NCBI GenBank assembly: GCA_964016885.1
Contig: OZ024746.1
Span: 24,242,001-24,306,000, forward strand
Reading direction: 5' to 3'
Origin: Eledone cirrhosa
Lineage: Eukaryota
DNA length: 64,000 nt
Position 1 is the stretch's first letter. Each line of letters opens with the position of its first letter. Below the pieces are notes generated by a model that had not been told where the DNA came from, searched no databases, and saw only the letters and a list, made by a program, of their open reading frames with translations. Below are positions 54,960 to 64,000 of this stretch, piece after piece. A program made the translations under genes and the position numbers.

Positions 54960-56030
54960 TTATATTACACTTATGTTGCAAAGAGCAGTCCTCCTTAATC
55001 CTACAAGCACATCCAGGATTTCCTTCAAGTTCTTTACAGTAATTTTTGATCTCATAGATGGACTGCAGGAATAGAATATCTTCACAGAACTACTCCGGTT
55101 GAATATTTTACTGCAACTAAATATATTGTGGGAGAAAATGTCTAACAATTAGATCTAAGAACTTCTTACCATCTTTATATTAAGGAAATGGGGGGGGGGG
55201 GGGACCAGACAATTTTTTTTTTTTATTACTATTCTTAGTATGGTTGTGTTGGGATTAATTGAGTACATAATCTTGTCTTTAAAGACACTATGTATGAGGG
55301 CCTTGTTGCAGCCTTATCGGTGGGGGGTGGGGGGGCTTGATCCTCTTGATATATTTCAATTTTTCATTAGGCTTATACAAAGCTGTGGTTAAGTATAAAT
55401 TAATATCAAAGAAATTGGCTTTAGTGAGGTTTGTGTCTACTGTTAAAGGTATCAAATTCTTACAGAATCTGTCTAGAGTGTGGCCATTGCAATTGTGTAC
55501 GAACAAAAGACTATCACCTCAGTGTAAGTAAGCCAAATGAGAGGTTGGGAACTTACACTTAAGTGTATGAAGGATGTATAATCCAACAAGATCACATATA
55601 TCAATACTGTCATAGGACCCCATTGAGACATCAAAAGAATCTTCTGGGTCAGAATTTCCCCCCCATGTACTTCCGTTGTTAAATAAGATGGTTCTTTAGG
55701 CGTGGAATATTAGTTCTAATTCCTAGTTGCTGATGTGCCCCCAAAAATGGTCAAAGTCTAAAACAGGGCCTAGAAATGGAGCGGGGGAACTGATTAAATT
55801 TAGTCCTGTTCTTAGAGGAGATGTCAATGAACCATGATAGTACAGATGTTGTATTGTTCCACAGTGAGAGGCTGGTATTATTGATAATGTGTGAATTAAT
55901 TTCTCTTTTTACTAGCTAATCCTAACTCTGTTCTTGAAGGATTTATTAATCTATAGCAAGGCCTGTTTGTAAAGTCAGGTTAGAGATCTTTCAAGGTAAT
56001 GAAGGCATGTTTAGCTAAGCATAGGCTGGA
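54960..56030 (-). pseudogene. Decayed Penelope-like element RT and linker
   Basis: AFITLKD..PDF..RLINPSRTELG, FDVSMGSYDSIDICDLVGLYIL, TVDTNLTKANFFDINL..YKPNEKL, KIFNR..VKIFYSC; multiple stops and frameshifts. Confidence 0.8.
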
Positions 56031-57329
56031 TATTATTTAATACCACCCTTATGTATGAAATTGCATTGCACAGGAGATATCTGAAGAGGAAGTTAGATGC
56101 TTTTGTTCATTCGTCCCACATATTTCATTTTGTTTGTGTGCAACTTTGCTATATATATGAGTTTGTGCATGCATATATAAATATATATATACACACACAG
56201 AAACATGATGAATATATTAAGACAGTATATGTATGCCAGTTATAGTTAAGTATTGGAATGAATTATGCAATGAATATCAAGCTGTGATTTTATGAGTTTT
56301 CTTTCCCGATCTATCTTGCAGTTATAGTAGAAACTGTTCTACCTAAACAAGTGCTGGAATCCAATAAGAAAATATACACACACATGGATATATATATATT
56401 AGAGTTTTTTCTTTTTAAGCTAATACATGGATGGATTATATATATATATATATATATATATATTACATTGACTTAAAAAGAAAAAAATACAAAACCTATT
56501 ATATGAAATCTTACAGGTATTCTTTTAAGTTGTGAAGAATTCATTACAATAAACATATTGATATGTATAGAACAGCATGGGATTTAGTAGAAGATTGGTG
56601 GCATTGACGGCAGGAATGGTACAGGAGAATAGAATAAATGTACAGGAAATCGGTTGGAAATAAAATTAAAACAGACAGGAAAGAGATGAAAGGAACAGTA
56701 AAAGATGATAATAAAGGGGTAGTTGAAGAAGTCGATGTAATTATGAATATGTAATTGAAGAGAGAAAGAGAGAGACTGAGAATTTGAGTGATTACATTAT
56801 AATGGTGTCCGTTGTTGTGATCTGTTCTTGGTAAACCAATTCTTTCTTAGTGGATACGCAATAGCTTCAATTATACCTTCGAAATCTTTTGGAAATAAGC
56901 CAATAATGGAATATCTACCTATTTACCTATCTATCTATTTATCTATCAATAATTCAACACTGTTAGACATAGTAGCGAAATCACCTCCAAATCACTCCTA
57001 ACCAAGTTGGATAGTGAAGGTCTATGGCTTAGTGATTGTAACCAGGCAGCACATTGTGTCCTTGAGTCAGATACTTTCCATTGGTCTTTCCATTGCTGAT
57101 ACTATCTACCAGTCGCAACTCCTGATAGAAAGAGCAATGGGAAATAAAGTGTCTTGTTCAAGGGCACAACCCATTGCCCATTCCGCAAATCAAACTCACA
57201 ATCCAATTCTCTAACCATTAAGCCACATGCCTGAAACTAAAAAACAACAATCAACCTTTGGGAAATACAAGAAAAACCAAACTACACATTTCTTTCCTTC
57301 TCCTATAAACCTGAACTGTTGTACAAGTA

Positions 57330-59060
57330 TAAGATAACCCCATTATAATATTTGACATGTTCAAATATCTCCAAATAAATCTACACTTTCTAATATTTAG
57401 ATTTCTTAAAAGATGTACTTTAGGAAATCTATAACCAACGCTCTCTTGGGATGGTATGTTAATGTTGACTGGATCTTAATTTAAAAGTATTCTCATTGAA
57501 CCTGATATCATTAGAAATTCAATTATTGTAAATATAATTACTTTTGTACAACAATTTATCAATTTAAAAAGATATAAATTATATTTGAAGGACAATTTAT
57601 AGAATTGTCAAAATAATCACACAAAATGGAATAATTAGATGTAGATAAATGTTAAATCTGTAACAAAATTAGGTGTACAACAATAATTTAATTTAAAATT
57701 ATTCCTATTAAAAGTCTCATCGGAAAATATTTATATTAAAGAACTGTTTAACAAGAACTGTACTCACATTAACCCTTTAGCATTTAAATTGGCTGTATCC
57801 AGCCAGAATTCTCTCACTTCTTACTGTTCAAACCGGCCATAACCAGTCACTCATAATTATGTTATGGTATTGTTCTCAAAATAAATATCAAAATCTTGTA
57901 GATTTGATATTATGTGAGATAATTATGTAAAATAAAGCTTTTACCATGAAAATATAACAGTAAATATAGAGTAATGAAAATGCTAAAGGGTTTAGACAGA
58001 ATGGAACATTAAAGCAAATAATTTTATGTTATGTATTTTTCTAGGTCTGACAATCTATATAATTATTTATTTAATTACTTTACTATCATGCTTAAAACCC
58101 CTGAATTTCAATGCTTCATTTTAATAAAGGGTTGCTTTGTTGAAGGAAGATATATCAGCCGAAATACTGAATACCTGTATATTAACATATTTCACTAAAT
58201 TATTAATAGTAGCTGGTGAATGATTTGAAGTGATATTTATGAAGAATTTTACATTTGGCTTCCTAAATGGTGAGTATTTATTTCTAAATCTAAGGTAATA
58301 GCTAAAAGGAATTTATATGTATCAAAGGTCATTTTTCTACTAAATTGTCTGAAACTGCCCTTATTTCCTTTAAAGTGTTTGCAATTATCTAAAAACTTAC
58401 CACAGTAATTTTATATAAAAACCTTTGCTAAATTACATTTCAAACACCAGTCTAATAGTGAGAAAGTTAGTTATAATACTAAATCCTTCAAAATTCTTGA
58501 TTATTTAAAAAATCATTTGAAAATCATAGGCAATGTCTTTCATAAAAAATATGGCTATGAAATGGTTAAATAAATCAAAGAGATCATTTCTGGATCTATC
58601 TAGCTATGGGGCAGTCATAATGTGTATAATATGCCCATCATTATGACACTATAAATTATTTGACTTATATTTTTATTTAATGTAAAATATAAAACCATAC
58701 ATTTCGGCAGAATCTAAGCTACCTATCCCTACATCAAAAGAATTAGCATCATTCTTCTCTATCCAGAGATCATTACCGAAAGTAAGTAATGATCTTTTCA
58801 TAAAAGATTATTTTGATACCAGAATCACTGACTGAAAGATAATTCTTGGTGGAAACTAATGCTTTTTGAAATAAAGATTTAGTTATCAAAGAATAAATTC
58901 AACATCAAACTGCATAAACTATCATCTCCATCAGCAGTAGCATCATTTAACATCCATAAATACTTAGTAATATCATGGAACCAATCAATTATAGAAGTAC
59001 AGTTATACCTCAATGGTAAATTGGTTTCTTGTATAATTTCTTTTTAAATATTTTCAGAAA
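57330..59060 (-). pseudogene. Second decayed Penelope-like RT/GIY-YIG copy, interrupted by MITEs
   Basis: SIIDWF, FMQFDVE, DVGIGSLDSAE, YSPFRKPNVKFFINITSNHSPATINNLVK..FNKA..EALK..GF, FNRNNFKLNYCCTPN, ENTFKLR..QH; inserts at 57773-57990 and ~58340-58569. Confidence 0.7.
57773..57990. mobile_element. piggyBac-type MITE
   Basis: Homologue of 22102-22320; flanks TTAA and TTTA. Confidence 0.8.
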
Positions 59061-59676
59061 AATATTACTTTTAAGAAAAATATTTAAAGAAACATAAGAT
59101 GCTAAACATTCAAATAAATGCCTCTATTTCTAACTCATTGTGTATCTAGTTTAGAATCGATGCACTATATCCCTATGTGTTTTAAAAAGCAACTAAAAGG
59201 TTTGGTACCAGGAAGAGCAATTGGCTGTAAAATATTACCTCAAAAATGAGCCCTTGTCTGCAAGGTTAATCTTTCTATAGAGGGGCTTTAAATGTTTGTT
59301 GTATTTCTAATTAACTATTTCCTTAGCTTGTAAATTAATGCAATTCAGTGGAGTAGCTTTAGTTATAGTTTCGATAAGTATAAGGTACGTGGTTTAGTGG
59401 TTAGAGAATTGGATTCACAATCATGAGGTTGTGAGTTCAATTCCACGACAGAGGAATGTGTTATGTCGTTGAGCAAGACGCTATTTCACATTGCTCATTT
59501 TGCCAGGAGTTGCAACCAGTAGATAGTATCAACAATAGCAAGACCAATGGAATCATTGTTTCCTTGGTCCGATTTGATAAGTTTCACCCCAATTCAGTTG
59601 AGGTCTGGGATCTTGTCAATCATTAAACCTATTGTTTGATCTTGGACAAGTTTGTTGAAGTACATCAGGTTCTTAA

Positions 59677-60128
59677 CTCTTTGACTGCCAATTTTGCTTT
59701 AAGTATTTTACTCCCCCTTCCTTGAATTACTGGGCATATGATTAGAATGTCTCAGGAAAGAATCGCTGGACAGATTTAACAAGAAAACCAACCAGCAAGA
59801 GACCCAGGGGTCTCATTTGGAAATCTAGCCAGATCAATTGGAGACAGTTGCTTCTGACAGAACCCCCTGGAAGGAGTGTTTGAGGGCTCTGTCCCCATGA
59901 CCATCCCAGGAATATGTGGGTAAAGAAGAAGAAGCTGGAATTACACTTAAATTTTTGCATGTTTTTTTTTATTTAAAAATGGAATAAAAGAAATATTTTT
60001 ATTAAATTTTATTTACTTTACCTGGTGCTATCTTCACAAACTAAATATCAAACGTACCAAAAACTTTCAGGCACACACAGGGTGGGAGATAAAAGACATA
60101 ACAGTATGAATTGGGGGCATTCAAAGAG
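59677..60128. mobile_element. TTAA-flanked non-autonomous DNA transposon (piggyBac-like)
   Basis: TTAA-ctctttga ... tcaaagag-TTAA. Confidence 0.6.
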
Positions 60129-61359
60129 TTAAAAAAGAATAATATTAGATGCTGTAAAATTATTTGAATGCATTAGATCAGGGTAATGAAAGAGGTAAAA
60201 GGCCCCTGATCTCACAATACCTGAGAATGTTTGAGAAACACTGGCATGTCTTTAAATTGTTTTTATCGCAATTTTAAGCATAGCTTTGGTTGTTAATGTC
60301 ATTAATGACTAATTTGACGCCAAATAGCATCATCTAATATTGAAAAACTCTAGATATGATGATCACTCAGTTGTCAAACCCACATGTCATGTTCAGGGGT
60401 ATGTGAGTTCTAATTTACCCTAGAGCATGAATACATGCATATTCTTGTATAGAAGTAATTAATTTCTCTCCTGTGTATCCCTGTTTTATAATTACATTGT
60501 GAAGAACAAATGCATGTGTATGTGGATGGAGGGGTTTAGCAGTTCAAAGCCAGCATGTCATTATGTGTAGTCAAACTAACTGAAGAGTTAATAGATTATA
60601 TAACTTGCCAATCAGAAAGAAATGGAAGAAATGCCACAGGCAAATACAATCTCTCTGTTGTTGGACATGATACATTTAATCCAGTATATTAATGTCCATA
60701 TAACAACAAAGTACATATAATTCTTTCTCTTTTTCTCTCTCTGTTGACAGTATGTTAACACACTCATATCTTATTCTAGCATTTTGCTCACTCTTTTGAC
60801 AGACCAGCATTTATATTAAAATGTTTCAGGAGGTTTAACCCTTTCGTTACCATATTTACTCTATCTGAATTAATTAATTAATGAAAAATTCGAAAGAATT
60901 AACTATAATTATTAATTATTTCATTATTAAGGTGGTATTTGTAAAATAACAAAAGGTAATTATATAAAATTATGTTGGGAGATTTTAATTTAAAGTGAAA
61001 CCCTTTAAAATAGGTGGTTTGTTCCACAAAACCAGAGGCAGTTTTTGGCAGGCTTGTATCAAAATGGAAATTTTAAAACATTTAACCTTTTCATTACCAT
61101 ATTTCTAATGAAATACACTGCCTATGATTTTCAAATCTGCGAAAATCACCACCACCCTAATTTGTATAAGACAAATGGAACAAAAATGTATTTATATAAA
61201 AAAAACATGTATGATAAATTTTTATTAAATTAAATTCCATTAAAAGAAACCTTATCACAAGGAACTCCAAATTGTTTTACAGAACCTACTCAGGACCTAT
61301 GTCTTGCTGCCATACAGTACAGAAGTTTAAACACAAGGATTTTAAAATTTTCCTTTCAC

Positions 61360-62075
61360 TCTGAGAGAGAAGCCTTTTGTATCTAGTATAAGTAACAGGT
61401 CCCTGAACTTCTTCCACCTTGTCTTCACTCTGGCTATGACACTATCTGTAGTACATTCACCACTGCTGCTATTGAGGTCACCTAGATAGCAAAAGCTATT
61501 TATTACTTCTTGTGACCCTTATAAACATTTGAGAGAATCTATTTTATGAGTACCCTTACAGTTGACTACATTTCTACATTTGTGTACCTGTCACCTATGA
61601 AGTCTGCCTTCCCACTACATCTCTTGTGTGACCATTGCCCACACTGGGTACACAGTATGAAGTTTCTACCTCCTCTTTTTCAGTATATTGAGCATGGCCA
61701 TTTACCCAGTGATTTCAGAGTCCTATTCTCTTCCCTGTTTACTCAAACTTTAGTCTGCTAAGTTTACTTTTAGACACATTAATTCCAGATTTTATTTCTC
61801 TCTCTAGACCTTCTCTAATTCTTTGACAGTTTCTGCTCTGAATGCTAAGCATAAGTATATAGGAGCTCCCAATGATAACCAGTCTTGAATTCCTCTGTTA
61901 TGGCCTGGAGGACTATAATAAACAGGAGGGAGCTGAGGATTGAATATTAGTGGACTCATTCATACCTGTATGCTAAATTCATTGTTGTACTCATTGTTAA
62001 ACCTAATCTTTCTGACTGTACCATTGTACATGGCTTATACAAACCATCACAAGTCATTCATCCATCCCTAACTTT
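61360..62075 (-). pseudogene. Degenerate RTE LINE RT fragment
   Basis: SAPSCL / ITEEFKTGYHWELLY, GKWPCSI, CTQCGQWSHKRCSG, SFCYLGD. Confidence 0.75.
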
Positions 62076-62099
62076 CAGAGTTACCAGCAGATTACTGAA

Positions 62100-63010
62100 A
62101 TATAACATACACCCAGTAAAGTGGTAGTGCTGGTGCCATGATAAAATGCACCCAGTACACCCTATAAGGTGGTAATGTTGGTGTTGTGATAAAATACACC
62201 CAATACACTCTAAAAAAATGTACTAGACCTTACAGGGTGGACAGGGTGGACTGGGTGCTTTTGTTGTGGCACCAGCCCTACCACCTTACAGGGTGGACTG
62301 GGTGCGTTTGTTGTGGCACCAACACTATTTCATTACAGGAATATGCTGCTCAGTGTACATGGTCAGGTTACAGTGAGTTAGGCCACTATCAGTGAGCCCA
62401 CTTATCTTATTCTAGTAAGTCTCTTCAGTTGAATCACTGACTGACAGTCAATATATTGTTGGTTCCACAATAGGTACAGTCTGGGGTGACTGGCAATGGG
62501 AGGAGCTTCCAGCAGTAGAAATCAGTTGAGAGGACCCTTCTGGCAAGGCATGACAACCTTTTTAGTGTTGGTGACAAGAAAAATACATCTAAACACCATG
62601 TAAGGTGGCTGATGAGAGGAAGGGCATCCAGTTGTAGAAGCCAAGCACAAAAACAGCTTGAGAGAACTTTTCAGTTATGTCAAGGGTACGCCGACCTCTC
62701 TAGTGCTGGTAACATGATAAAACACATGCAGTTCTTTAATGTGTTTGGTATTAAGAATGGTATCCAGCCATAGAAAACCTGCCACACAAATGGTAGATAG
62801 GACTTTTCAATTGTGTCGAAGACATGACAACCTCTCTAGTGTTGGTGCCATGATAAAATCCACAGCACACTATGTAGAATGTAGAAATGTATGTAGGCAA
62901 GGTGCAGTCCCTGACCCATCTGAGAGATTAATAGATCTAATTAAGTACTGACTTGGTAAGTGATGACCCATCTAGCCCTTGATAGCAGGGAAACGGACAT
63001 TAAATGATGA
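62100..63010. repeat. Cluster of degenerate retroposon 3' modules
   Basis: Repeated gtgccatgataaaa..cacccagtacac and aagggcatccag..tagaa units in both orientations. Confidence 0.55.
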
Positions 63011-63589
63011 TGCTTATGTGTGTGAGTATTTATATTTATTATTAGTTATGCAGATTAAAAGTAAACAATTTCTGCTTTTCAAAGCGGAATCTTATGAAAC
63101 ATATTATACACACACACACATATATATATATATACACACAATATAATGCCAAATAAGGCCACTCTCCATTTTGGCTTGCTCAGTTCAAACTCATAATTAT
63201 ATTGCTATTTCCTTTTTCAAGATTGTATTTCTAACAAGATACACTACCTATGTTTCAATTAATTTGGAAAATAATCAAGAATTTGGACAGATTTAGTAGA
63301 ACAACTAATTTTGGTATATTAAGTTGCTGTTTAGAACATAAAGCTATTTTTATAGAAAATTATGATGGAATGTTTATATTTAAATATGAACTTGTGTAGT
63401 GCTGGTGCCACAATAAAATGCAACCAGTAGATTCTATTAAGTGGTTAGCAATAGGAAGGGCATCCAGCCTTAGAAACCATGCAAAAATAAAACATAACAG
63501 GATGTGATCATCTCACCTGTCTAGTCTTGGAACATGACAACTCGTCCAACCCATGCCAGCATGGAAGACAGATATAAAATCGTGGTTAT

Positions 63590-63960
63590 GATGTCTGCAT
63601 ATGTAATGTGATGTTGCATAGTAGTGAGACATGAGTTTTAAAGGCAGAGGGTGTGCAAAGATTAGGAAGAAAGGAGGCTAGCATCCTCTGCCAGATATGT
63701 AATGTTAGTGTCCATGAGTGATGAATAGTGATGATAAGTTGAAGGAAAAATTGGACTTAAAAGGAATTAGATACAGTGTAAGAGAAGACTGCACTGGTAT
63801 GGACATATAATACATTGATGATCACTGGGTCAAGAAGTGCCAGACATTTTAAATGGAAGGAAACTGCTGAAGTGGAAGACCAAGAAAAATCTTGGCAGAA
63901 GTAGAGAAAGCTGATGTCAGAATGCAGTAAGTCAAGGAATGCTGTCGTAAAGAAAAGTCA
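63590..63960 (+). pseudogene. Degenerate RTE LINE C-terminal fragment
   Basis: RRLHWYGHI, WVKKCQ, GRPRK motifs. Confidence 0.65.
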
Positions 63961-64000
63961 TTCAATCCATATTAGAATAAAAAAACATATATGGTAGTGA

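Noticed and set aside
56800-56915. Possible short host exon on the minus strand (GLFPKDFEGIIEAIAYPLRKNW)
   Set aside because: No recognisable homology, weak splice context, and it lies between PLE remnants.

Overview
AT-rich, repeat-saturated eukaryotic DNA. It is most likely coleoid cephalopod (octopus-like), inferred from SINE architecture and microsatellite density and not confirmed. I find no credible host protein-coding exon, so the window looks intronic or intergenic; nearly all ORF-track ORFs are translations of (TA)n, (CA)n or (GAT/GGT)n tracts or of antisense SINE. Recognisable content: two young tRNA-derived SINE families, RTE LINE fragments (one supplies the SINE tail), a mariner transposase pseudogene and MITEs, TTAA/piggyBac-type MITEs, a solo LTR, two decayed Penelope-like (PLE) RT/GIY-YIG copies, and several satellites including a ~4 kb 44-bp array with a 704-bp higher-order duplication. 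The most striking signal is about ten short cassettes, mostly wedged in or beside (TA)n tracts, that carry type-I hammerhead ribozyme (HHR) motifs of PLE style. Three have intact cores with palindromic stem III. Five are fold-back palindromes (arms 8-77 bp) whose axis lies on HHR stem II or just 5' of the ribozyme. In addition, neighbouring inverted SINE pairs share private variants.
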